Positions 39,501-48,392 of a stretch of 64,000 nucleotides of DNA are shown piece after piece. Source of the stretch: an uncultured Deefgea sp. Lineage in GTDB: Bacteria; Pseudomonadota; Gammaproteobacteria; Burkholderiales; Chitinibacteraceae. Numbering within the stretch: position 1 is the stretch's first letter; each line of letters starts with the position of its first letter. Made by a program: the position numbers and the translations under genes. The DNA lies in assembly GCF_947072475.1 (NCBI RefSeq), contig NZ_CAMTIA010000013.1, positions 4,553 to 68,552 of the forward strand, written 5' to 3'. Below the pieces are notes generated by a model. The model saw only the letters and a list, made by a program, of their open reading frames with translations, made no database searches and was not told the DNA's origin.

Positions 39501-39844
39501 TTAAAACGCATAATCACGCTCAACTTTGGCGATGCGGGTTTTGTACTGGCCATACCACTGAGCGCGTCCTGATTTTTGTGCCAGTTGATGCTCGCTATGG
39601 GCTTTCCAGTTTTGGATTGACGCTAAATCAGCCCAGTACGACACCGTGATGCCAATGGCAGCTCGGGCAGACTCAACCCCTAAAAACCCCGGTTGGTCTT
39701 GTGCTAAGGCCAGCATTTTTTCAGCCATTTCAGCGTAGCCTTGCTCATCCTCAGTACGTATTGAAGTGAAAATCACTGCGTAGTAAGGTGGTTTTGGCGT
39801 ATTGGCGTATTGGCGTAGCTGGGGTGCTGGTTTTCAGTTGTCAT
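39501..39844 (-). pseudogene. Antibiotic-biosynthesis-monooxygenase (ABM) family gene, frameshifted by an extra 8-bp repeat unit
   Basis: Downstream frame reads YANTPKPPYYAVIFTS..GY..MA..M..LA..QPGFLGVESAR..IGITVSYW. ATG 39844 is 68 nt from the GTG at 39776; removing one TACGCCAA copy (three at 39794-39817) restores one ORF. Confidence 0.8.
39794..39817. repeat. (TTGGCGTA)x3 tandem repeat
   Basis: Three exact copies read directly from the sequence. Confidence 0.95.
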
Positions 39845-39932
39845 GGTGCCGTTATTGCCTTGAAGTGTTAATCAGGGAAATCGTCAGTGATACGTCATAT
39901 TCAGAACGTGATGTGCCACTGACGATGCAAGT

Positions 39933-41765
39933 TTAATCGGCTTCTTCGCCTAAAAACCCACCGCTTTGATGTGACCACAGCCGCGCATACAGGCCACCTT
40001 GTTCTAGCAAGCTTTGATGGTCGCCTTGCTCAACAATTCGCCCTTGGTCGAGTACGATCAAGCGATCCATCGCCGCAATGGTGGATAAGCGATGGGCAAT
40101 CGCCACCACGGTTTTACCTTCCATTAGGCGGTATAAGCTGGTTTGAATCGCCGCCTCAACTTCAGAGTCGAGCGCGCTGGTGGCTTCGTCGAGCAATAAA
40201 ATCGGCGCGTCTTTGAGCATTACGCGGGCAATCGCAATCCTTTGGCGTTGTCCGCCCGAGAGTTTGACGCCGCGCTCGCCCACATGCGCGTCGTAGCCGG
40301 TGCGCCCGGCAGGATCGCTTAAGTTCAGAATAAATTCATGCGCTTCGGCGCGTTTGGCGGCGGCAATCATTTCCTCATCCGTGGCATTGGGGCGGCCGTA
40401 TAAGATGTTTTCGCGCACCGAGCGATGTAACAGCGACGTGTCTTGCGTCACCATGCCAATGTGCGCGCGTAAGCTGTCTTGCGCTACCTTGGCGATGTTT
40501 TGGCCGTCAATCGTAATGTGCCCAGACTGAAGGTCGTAAAAGCGCAGTAATAGGTTCACAATCGTCGATTTGCCTGCGCCGGAGCGACCGACTAAGCCGA
40601 TTTTTTCGCCAGCGCGAATTTGTAGCGACAGCTGCTTGAGTAGTAAGCGATCTGCTTCGTAGCCAAAATCAACGTGGGCAAATTGGATTTCGCCGCGTGA
40701 TACAGTCAGTTGCGTAGCGTCGGGTTCGTCATTGACTTCGTGCGGCGTGGTCAAGGTGTTGATGCCGTCTTGTACGGTGCCAATATGCTCAAATAGTGCG
40801 GCGATTTCCCACATAATCCATTGCGACATGCCGTTTAAACGCAGCGCCATCGCCAATGAGGCCGCCACCGCGCCTGCGCTTACCTGACCATGGCTCCATA
40901 AATACAAAGCAGTACCGGCGCTAGCGATAATCAAGCACACGCTTAAGGTGTGATTGACCACCTCAAAACAACTGACTAAACGCATTTGGCCATGCACGGT
41001 GTGCATAAATTCTTGCATCGCGCTGCGGGCAAATGCTGCTTCGCGGCGACCGTGCGAAAACAGCTTCACCGTGGCAATATTGGTATAGGCATCGGTAATG
41101 CGGCCGGTCATCAGTGAGCGAGCGTCAGCTTGGTTTTGCGCTGCCTTACCCAGACGCGGAACAAAATAAAACATCGCGCCAATATACAGCAACATCCACG
41201 ACAGCAGCGGCACTAATAACCACAGATCAAAGCTGCCAGCGACAGCCAGCATGGTGAAAAAATAAATCGCCACAAACACCATGATGTCAGTGACGATAAA
41301 CACCGTTTCACGCACCGCTAACGCGGTTTGCATGACTTTGGCCGAAACGCGCCCAGCAAATTCATCCTGATAAAAACGCATGCTTTGACTGAGCATTTGC
41401 CGGTGAAAGTTCCAGCGCAGCAACATCGGGAAATTGCCGGCTAAGGCTTGATGTTTTAGTAAAGTTTGCAGGCCAACCACCAGCGGGCTGAGTAATAACA
41501 CGCCCGCAATCAGGCTCAGTCGAAACTGCTCTTGCGCCCAGAGTTGACTCGGTTCGACATGGGCCAGCCAGTCAACAATATGCCCGAGCAAGCTATACAA
41601 AATCGCTTCAAAAGAACCAATGATGGCGGTGCAGAGCATCATGCTAAAAATCAGTGGGCGTAGCCCTTTTGTACAGCGCCATATAAATGATTTGAAATCA
41701 TGGGGTAAGGTTTTGTTTTGCTGTTCTGGGTAGGGGTGAACTATATTTTCAAAAAGTCGAAACAC
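39933..41765 (-). CDS. ABC exporter, fused TMD-NBD (multidrug/MsbA-like)
   Basis: Six-TM domain, GLVGRSGAGKST, VTQD, LSGGQRQRIAIAR, LLLDEATSALD, IAHRLST. Confidence 0.95.
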   Translation of the reverse strand: MFRLFENIVHPYPEQQNKTLPHDFKSFIWRCTKGLRPLIFSMMLCTAIIGSFEAILYSLLGHIVDWLAHVEPSQLWAQEQFRLSLIAGVLLLSPLVVGLQTLLKHQALAGNFPMLLRWNFHRQMLSQSMRFYQDEFAGRVSAKVMQTALAVRETVFIVTDIMVFVAIYFFTMLAVAGSFDLWLLVPLLSWMLLYIGAMFYFVPRLGKAAQNQADARSLMTGRITDAYTNIATVKLFSHGRREAAFARSAMQEFMHTVHGQMRLVSCFEVVNHTLSVCLIIASAGTALYLWSHGQVSAGAVAASLAMALRLNGMSQWIMWEIAALFEHIGTVQDGINTLTTPHEVNDEPDATQLTVSRGEIQFAHVDFGYEADRLLLKQLSLQIRAGEKIGLVGRSGAGKSTIVNLLLRFYDLQSGHITIDGQNIAKVAQDSLRAHIGMVTQDTSLLHRSVRENILYGRPNATDEEMIAAAKRAEAHEFILNLSDPAGRTGYDAHVGERGVKLSGGQRQRIAIARVMLKDAPILLLDEATSALDSEVEAAIQTSLYRLMEGKTVVAIAHRLSTIAAMDRLIVLDQGRIVEQGDHQSLLEQGGLYARLWSHQSGGFLGEEAD

Positions 41766-41931
41766 TGAGAGTTAGCCTTGCTGCCATTCGGATTAATAGA
41801 TTGTACCGAATCTGACGCAAGCAGCGTGGGCTATTGTCAGTTATCATCCGGTTTTTATGCTGTTGAGTTGAATGCTGTTGCTCAACTCAGTGCAATGCAA
41901 TTTCGGCTAGGCCGATTTAATTTGATGATGG

Positions 41932-44583
41932 GTGAGGGTGTGCCAGATGGATAGAAATGATTTACTCATTGCGACGCGCTCGGTGTTTTTGGCTCAATTT
42001 AATCAAAGAGTGCCGATGGTGCTGGCCCATTCGATTGGGCAATTATTTAATCAGGCCGATCGAGCCAGTTCAATGCTGGAGCAGCGGCGTTTGTTGGCGG
42101 CACGGCAATTGATTATGAGTCATGACCAATTGCTTGAGCAGCAATTATCACGTCAGGTTGAGCAATTATTGCATCGCAGCTTTCAAACGGCGTATAGCCA
42201 TTTTCGACCGTCGTTTACCGAGGGACTCAATGCCACTTTGTCTTTGGTGGAGTCGGCGTCGTTTGAAGAAGAATTACATATTGATCAAATTACCCTGCGT
42301 TTTCGGCAAGAGGCCGAAGAAGCCATTCGCGATTTAAATATTCGAATTGCTTTGTTGCTAGAGCAAGACGTGATTAAAGAGCGAGAAAATCCATTTCGCA
42401 CCTATATTATTTCGCGCAGTTTTGCCAGTGCTTTAGAAGAAACGGTGGCCGAAACGGGGAGCGACAATGAATTAATCCCCGTGCTGTTGGCGCAACTCAC
42501 CACGTCAATGTGCCCGCACGTCGCGCCGCTGTATGCGGCTTTAAATCAACTGCTGGCCCAGCATGGGATTGCAGCGCAATTGCAATTAAAGGTCAGAAAG
42601 CAAAGTGAGCCAGCGGCAATCGCTGCGGGCAATTCGCTGGATCTGCCCGATGCATCACCCTCGGCATTCACCCCCGAAGCGCAACACAGCGCACCCGCAT
42701 CGGGAGGCCGTGAGCCGCAGCGTGTAGCGGCACCCAGTCGTTCATCGGCGGCTTCATCAGCAACTTCACCAGCAGCTTCATCAGCAGGTTCGGTAGGCGC
42801 AGCGCCTTGGAGCGCACGCTCAGAAGATCAATTTTTGGATTTTGTGCAATCTAGACCGTCTGCTTCGCAGGCTTTATCGCCAGGTGCTGCGCCAGCGAGT
42901 GCGCCCAATGAGATGGCGGGTATGGGCTATGGCGGCTATGGCGGCTCTGACTCGATGGACTTGGCGGCAGCGCCGGCGTCCAGTGCCGAGGCCCGTGCCA
43001 GCATAGTGCGGGCACCTTCATGGCTGAGTCATATTGGCCAAGTCGGTCGAAGCATTCAGCAGTTTTTTAGTGGCCACAGCCTGCAGCAAGGCGCGCAGGG
43101 GCAAAGCCCGGTGTGGGATGACGCTGCATCGCTGGAACTACGTTCGGTGAGTGCGCCGCTGAGCCAATCACTGCAAAGTTTGATTGCCGTCGCCACGCCA
43201 ACGGCCGACGCCATGTGGCGTGGCGACGGCCAATTGCGTAATTTGATTTTAGAGCAGCGGCAACAATTGGGTGCTAGCACCAGCGACGTCAATGAGGCGA
43301 TGACCATTGATGTGGTTGCCATGCTGTTTGAATTTATTTTGCGTGACGATAAAGTACCGGCCGAAGTTCGGGCGCAGCTTGGGCGTTTGCAGTTTTTGGT
43401 ATTAAAAATTGCGCTGCAAGATCCAAATCTTTTTGCCAGAAAAACCCATCCAGCGCGCATGCTGGTCAACCGTATTGGTTCGATTTCTCTGGGTATGCAG
43501 CAAAATAGCGAAAGCGCCTCCCGAGTCAATACCGAGATTTGCCGCATTGTGGCGATTATTTTGGCCGATGAAAGTGAAGATTTGGCCTTGTTTGTACACA
43601 TGCTCGATGCGCTGGATGCATGGGTGGCCAATGAATTAGCCCATTGCGAAAAAATGGCCAGTAGCGCCACGCAAGTTTTAGATTCTGCCAAACAGCGCAC
43701 ATTACATTTTGCGCGAATTACCGCGATGATTTCCGACGCTTTATCGCCCTATACCATCGAGCCGTATTTATATGATTTTTTGGTGAGCACTTGGGCGCGG
43801 GTGATTGAATTGGCCGGGCGCGAAGCGCCGCATAAAGCCATACAGTATCGCTTATTGGTGCCCGATTTGATTTGGAGCTTAGCGCCTAAAGTCGATCGCG
43901 ATGAATGCAAGATTTTATTGGGTTTGATCCCAACCATGATTACTACCTTGCGCGAAGGGGTGTTAACGCTTAATTGGACTGCCGAGCAATTGCAAGAATT
44001 AAACCTGCATTTGGTGGATGCGCATCGTTTGGCGATGCGTTCAGGTGCCAGTCAAGTGCTGAGCGCCGTGCCGCCACCGCTATCGGTGATGCATGAGGCT
44101 TTTGCGCCATTTTTGGACGCGGTGCATACCACTGAGGCCACAGAGAATGAGGTGGTGCTGGCGTTAAATCCGCTGTTTATTCAGGCCGAAATCGATGCTT
44201 TAGAAATCAATCTCAATTTAATTGATCAATTGATTGAGTCGGAATTAGGGCCGCCAACCGCAGTGGACATCGATAGCGAAGACGAGGATTTTACGGCGTG
44301 TTTAAGTAATGGCGTGGCGGTGGAGATTAATTTTGATGGCAGCGCGCGTATTGCGCAATTGAGCTGGCAAGCCAATCATCCCGATGCGATTGTGTTGACT
44401 TGGCCCGACCAAGACGCGCCGGCAGTATTGAGCTTGCGGGCGTTTCGCCGTTTGTTTGCCCGTGATCGCGTGCGCTTTTTAGAGCAAGCGCCTTTATTTG
44501 ATCGGGCAATGAACGAATTATTGGCCTCGGCCGAGCAAGTGGCCAGCGCCGAAACTGCATTGCCGAGCATGGCGATGGCCTAA
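41932..44583 (+). CDS. DUF1631-family protein
   Basis: TIDVVAMLFEFILRDDKVPAEVRAQLGRLQFLVLKIALQD..LF....HPARMLVNRIGS; LVPDLIWS; low-complexity central linker. True start may be ATG 41947. Confidence 0.85.
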   Translation: MRVCQMDRNDLLIATRSVFLAQFNQRVPMVLAHSIGQLFNQADRASSMLEQRRLLAARQLIMSHDQLLEQQLSRQVEQLLHRSFQTAYSHFRPSFTEGLNATLSLVESASFEEELHIDQITLRFRQEAEEAIRDLNIRIALLLEQDVIKERENPFRTYIISRSFASALEETVAETGSDNELIPVLLAQLTTSMCPHVAPLYAALNQLLAQHGIAAQLQLKVRKQSEPAAIAAGNSLDLPDASPSAFTPEAQHSAPASGGREPQRVAAPSRSSAASSATSPAASSAGSVGAAPWSARSEDQFLDFVQSRPSASQALSPGAAPASAPNEMAGMGYGGYGGSDSMDLAAAPASSAEARASIVRAPSWLSHIGQVGRSIQQFFSGHSLQQGAQGQSPVWDDAASLELRSVSAPLSQSLQSLIAVATPTADAMWRGDGQLRNLILEQRQQLGASTSDVNEAMTIDVVAMLFEFILRDDKVPAEVRAQLGRLQFLVLKIALQDPNLFARKTHPARMLVNRIGSISLGMQQNSESASRVNTEICRIVAIILADESEDLALFVHMLDALDAWVANELAHCEKMASSATQVLDSAKQRTLHFARITAMISDALSPYTIEPYLYDFLVSTWARVIELAGREAPHKAIQYRLLVPDLIWSLAPKVDRDECKILLGLIPTMITTLREGVLTLNWTAEQLQELNLHLVDAHRLAMRSGASQVLSAVPPPLSVMHEAFAPFLDAVHTTEATENEVVLALNPLFIQAEIDALEINLNLIDQLIESELGPPTAVDIDSEDEDFTACLSNGVAVEINFDGSARIAQLSWQANHPDAIVLTWPDQDAPAVLSLRAFRRLFARDRVRFLEQAPLFDRAMNELLASAEQVASAETALPSMAMA

Positions 44584-44613
44584 CCAAGCCCAAGCCCAAG
44601 CCCAAGCCCAAGC
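44584..44613. repeat. (CCAAGC)x5 microsatellite
   Basis: Five exact copies directly after the DUF1631 stop codon. Confidence 0.95.
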
Positions 44614-44675
44614 ATGGGTTGGACAATAGTCTAAAACAGCGTCTCGCTGGTGCTGGTCTTGATTTGGGCGCAGCG

Positions 44676-44700
44676 TGCCGTGCCGTGCCGTGCCGTGCCG
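44676..44700. repeat. (TGCCG)x5 microsatellite
   Basis: Five exact copies about 95 nt upstream of recC. Confidence 0.95.
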
Positions 44701-44795
44701 ATTGCGCTGCGAATGCGGACTTTGCCCGCCTTTTCTGGCAACTGAAGTCAGCTTAACAAGGTAGAATATGCCTTGCTTCTTACTTCGGTGCCCGC

Positions 44796-47700
44796 ATGTC
44801 CAGCCGCCTGCATATCTACCAGTCCAATCGCCTAGAAAATCTGTTCGAATTATTACAAGCGCTGTATGGCGTTGCCTTGAGTGATCCGTTTGCCAGCGAA
44901 AAAATCATTGTCTCCAGTAAAGGCATGGAGCGCTGGCTGCGGTTTAAATTGGCCGATCGCGTTGGGATTTGCGCGGGGATCGACTTTCAACTGCCCGCCA
45001 GCTTTGTCTGGTCTTTGCTCAAAGACGCATTGCCGCATTTGCAGGCCGATTCGCCGTACAGTTCTAGCCCGTTGGCTTGGCGCTTATTTGGCGTATTACC
45101 CACATCGGGCGCACGCGCCGCTAGCCCGATTGTGGCGGCGTATTTGGATGAAGGCGATGCGCGGCGGCAAATGGCCTTGGCGGGTAAATTGGCCGATGTG
45201 TTCGATCAGTATTTGGTGTTTCGCAGCCATTGGATTGCAGCGTGGGAAGCGGGTCAGTTGGTGGGCTTGGGCCCCGATGAAGCGTGGCAAGCCACTTTGT
45301 GGCGTGAAGTCAAAGCCAGTATCGACGCCGATTTTGGCGCAATGCCGCATCGTGCCGATATGTTTGTGCAGCTGTTTAATGCGTGGCAAAACGACGGCCC
45401 GAGCCGTCTGCCCGAGCGCATTACCGTGTTTGGCGTTGCGGGCATGCCGCCGGCGTATATCGATGTGCTGGGCGCTTTGGCCGAACACATCGACGTAAAT
45501 CTATTTTTACTCAATCCCTGCCGCGAAGAATGGGGGGCGATTGTCAGCGCCCAAGTGATTGCGCGCCGCCAATTAGAACGCGATCAAGAAGACTTGTATC
45601 TCGATCTTGGTCATCCGCTGTTGGCGTCTATGGGCAAAGCCGGGCGTGATTTTTATCGTGCGGTGACTGAGGCTTTCCCGTGGAGTGGTGGCGGTGAGCA
45701 GTGGTTGTTTTACGACCCGCTCGAGCACATTGCCACCCCCAGCTTATTGCAAACGCTGCAATCGGACGTGCTCAATTTACTCAATCGCGACACGCATAAC
45801 GCCCAAGTGGTTGCAAAGAACGATCGTTCACTGGCGTTCCATAACGCACATAGCGCGATGCGTGAGGTGGAAATCTTGCACGATGAAATCGCCGCCATGC
45901 TGGTCAATGACGACAGTTTATTGGCCTCCGAAATCGCCGTGTTACTGCCTGATATGGGGCCGTATGCCCCGCTGATTGAGGCGGTGTTTGGCGGTGCCAA
46001 AGCCTCTGGCGCACCCAATATTCCTTTTAATATCGCCGACTTAACCACGCAGCAAGAATGCCCAGCGGTTGATGTGTTAATGCAGCTATTGCAATTGCCA
46101 GAAAGCCGCTGCAAAGCCGATGAAATGTATGGCTTACTCGAAACGCCACAAGTGGCTGCGCGTTTTGACATCAGTAGCGATCAATTGCTAACGATTCGGC
46201 ATTGGATTGCGGCCGTCGGCATCCGCTGGGGCTTAGATGCGGCGCATCGCGCTGAGTTTGATTTGTTTGATATGGGCGCAGCCAATACTTGGCAACTGGG
46301 TTTGGATCGATTGCTATTGGGGCTGACTTTACCCAATGCTTTGGCTGGCGACGCGGTGCCGCTATGGGGCGAGGCTTCGTTTGCTGAGGTCTCTTCTGGA
46401 GAAGGATCTGGAGAGGGATCTGGAGAGGGATTGCCTGAGGAGGGGTTGTCTGAATGGTCGGCGCTGGCGCCATGGGATGATTTAGAAGGCTCGCAAGCGA
46501 GCTTATTGGCTAAATTAACGCGTTTTGTCGCCGCCATCGCCCAATGGCGCAGCGCACTGGCCGCGCCGCGCACGCTGCTGGAATGGCGCGATGGTATTTT
46601 ATTACTGCTTGAGGAATTTATTGTATTTGACGAGCACGACGAAGCCGAGCTCAAGCTGGCCGATGCGATTCGTTCGACCTTGGCCGATTTGGCGCAAGAA
46701 TCGCAATTGGCCGGTTTGGTCGATGCTGTGCCGCGCGAGGTGGTTGCCGATTGGCTGCAACATCGGTTTGAAAACAGCAGCCGAGGCTCAGGCTTTATGT
46801 CGCGTGGGGTGACGTTTTGTACCATGGTGCCGATGCGCGGTTTGCCGTTTCGCGTGGTGGCCGTCTTGGGTTTGAATGAAAATGATTTTCCGCGTAATCC
46901 ACCCACGGCGGGCTTTGATTTAATTGCCCAGCATCCGCGTTTAGGCGATCGCTCGCGCCGACTGGATGACCGATATTTGTTTTTAGATTTGATATTGGCG
47001 GCACGAGAAAAACTTTATTTGTCGTGGGTTGGGCGCAGCTTAAAAGACGACGCGCATTTTCCGCCTTCGGTCTTAGTGAGCGATGTGCTCGATTGTGTGG
47101 CGCAGGGGTTTTTTCTGGAAGGCGATGTCGACGCCAGTATTGAAGATCGCCGCGCGCAGTTATTACGGCATTTAACCCGTGAGTATCCGCTGCAACCCTT
47201 TAGTCTGCAAAACTTTGCTGGCCATACCCCTGATCAAGCCGCGAGCAGTATTGCGTCATTTAATCCGCTGTGGCGCAGTGCCGCCGAGCAAATTGCCCGA
47301 ACGGCGCGCCACTCTGCAGGGCTGGCGGGCGGTGATTCTGGTGTGAACGAGACCGCAGCGAGTGAATTTATCGCCAACGACGGGATGTTGCGCGACGCTG
47401 CCGCTCTGGATAGCGCCGTGGTCGATTCATACCCGCCCTTTGAGATGCCCAGCAGTTTACGTTGGGATGAATTGGCGCAATGCTTGGCCAAACCAGCGGC
47501 GTATTTTTTGCGGCACCGCGCGCATTTGTTTTTTCAAAATGACGTCAATGACGGCCACCTTGAAGACGACGAAGCGTTTGACTTAAAAGATTTTCGTGAT
47601 TACGCCGTGCGCGAATTGGGCTTGAGGTATGGGCTTGAAGCGCATGATTTAGTTTTTGCTCGGGGCAATACCCCGTTGGGTGCGCCGGGCAATCTCTTGG

Positions 47701-48392
47701 TTGACGAGCAGTTGTATGCCGCTTGCGCGCTGCTCGAAGCCTTGCCACGTTATCAAAGTAGCCCGGTATTGCCGCCGCAAATGGTGCAGCTCAATATTCC
47801 ATTCAGTGCGGGTCCGGCGGTGCAAATTACCGGCTGGTTGGATGCGTGTTATGCCGAGGGGCGGATCGTTTTAAAAAGCCAAATTTATCCGCGCGATGTG
47901 TTTCGCGCTTGGGTGGAGCATTTGGCACTGTGTGCCATGCAGCCCAGTGGCATGCAAACGGTGACGCGGTGGTTGTCACCGGAGCGGGTGTTGTACTTCG
48001 CGCCGATTGCGCCCGCGCAAGCGATGGCGCATTTGAGCGAGGTACTGGCTTTGTATCAAGCGGCAATGCATGCGCCCTTGGCGTTTTTCCCGCATAGCGC
48101 CTTGGCTTGGGGCAAGGCGGCGGACAGTGATGCGGCGGACGATGACGCCACGCAGGCTATACGTTGGGCGGCGCTGATTAAACGCTGGTTACCGAGTTTT
48201 AATACCGATGGTGAGTGGCAAGAAGTGCAAAATCAATTGCTTTGGCCGCAAGATCCTTTGCAAATGTCGAGCGCCACAGCCGCGCAGTGCCGCCATTGGG
48301 CTGAGCGCATTGTTTTGCCGATGTTGGCGGTGGTGAAAGATCGCAGCTTGCACCTCGATTTTGCCAGTTTGCTCACAGGAGACCCAGCATGA
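44796..48392 (+). CDS. recC: Exodeoxyribonuclease V subunit gamma
   Basis: IYQSNRLE, LPASFVW, DVFDQY, LNPCREEWG, MREVEILHD, TFCTMVPMRGLPF, GDRSRRLDDRYLFL. Confidence 0.97.
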   Translation: MSSRLHIYQSNRLENLFELLQALYGVALSDPFASEKIIVSSKGMERWLRFKLADRVGICAGIDFQLPASFVWSLLKDALPHLQADSPYSSSPLAWRLFGVLPTSGARAASPIVAAYLDEGDARRQMALAGKLADVFDQYLVFRSHWIAAWEAGQLVGLGPDEAWQATLWREVKASIDADFGAMPHRADMFVQLFNAWQNDGPSRLPERITVFGVAGMPPAYIDVLGALAEHIDVNLFLLNPCREEWGAIVSAQVIARRQLERDQEDLYLDLGHPLLASMGKAGRDFYRAVTEAFPWSGGGEQWLFYDPLEHIATPSLLQTLQSDVLNLLNRDTHNAQVVAKNDRSLAFHNAHSAMREVEILHDEIAAMLVNDDSLLASEIAVLLPDMGPYAPLIEAVFGGAKASGAPNIPFNIADLTTQQECPAVDVLMQLLQLPESRCKADEMYGLLETPQVAARFDISSDQLLTIRHWIAAVGIRWGLDAAHRAEFDLFDMGAANTWQLGLDRLLLGLTLPNALAGDAVPLWGEASFAEVSSGEGSGEGSGEGLPEEGLSEWSALAPWDDLEGSQASLLAKLTRFVAAIAQWRSALAAPRTLLEWRDGILLLLEEFIVFDEHDEAELKLADAIRSTLADLAQESQLAGLVDAVPREVVADWLQHRFENSSRGSGFMSRGVTFCTMVPMRGLPFRVVAVLGLNENDFPRNPPTAGFDLIAQHPRLGDRSRRLDDRYLFLDLILAAREKLYLSWVGRSLKDDAHFPPSVLVSDVLDCVAQGFFLEGDVDASIEDRRAQLLRHLTREYPLQPFSLQNFAGHTPDQAASSIASFNPLWRSAAEQIARTARHSAGLAGGDSGVNETAASEFIANDGMLRDAAALDSAVVDSYPPFEMPSSLRWDELAQCLAKPAAYFLRHRAHLFFQNDVNDGHLEDDEAFDLKDFRDYAVRELGLRYGLEAHDLVFARGNTPLGAPGNLLVDEQLYAACALLEALPRYQSSPVLPPQMVQLNIPFSAGPAVQITGWLDACYAEGRIVLKSQIYPRDVFRAWVEHLALCAMQPSGMQTVTRWLSPERVLYFAPIAPAQAMAHLSEVLALYQAAMHAPLAFFPHSALAWGKAADSDAADDDATQAIRWAALIKRWLPSFNTDGEWQEVQNQLLWPQDPLQMSSATAAQCRHWAERIVLPMLAVVKDRSLHLDFASLLTGDPA

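Noticed and set aside
44584-44700. CRISPR array or iterons
   Set aside because: Units are 5-6 bp with no spacers; no cas or rep gene is present.
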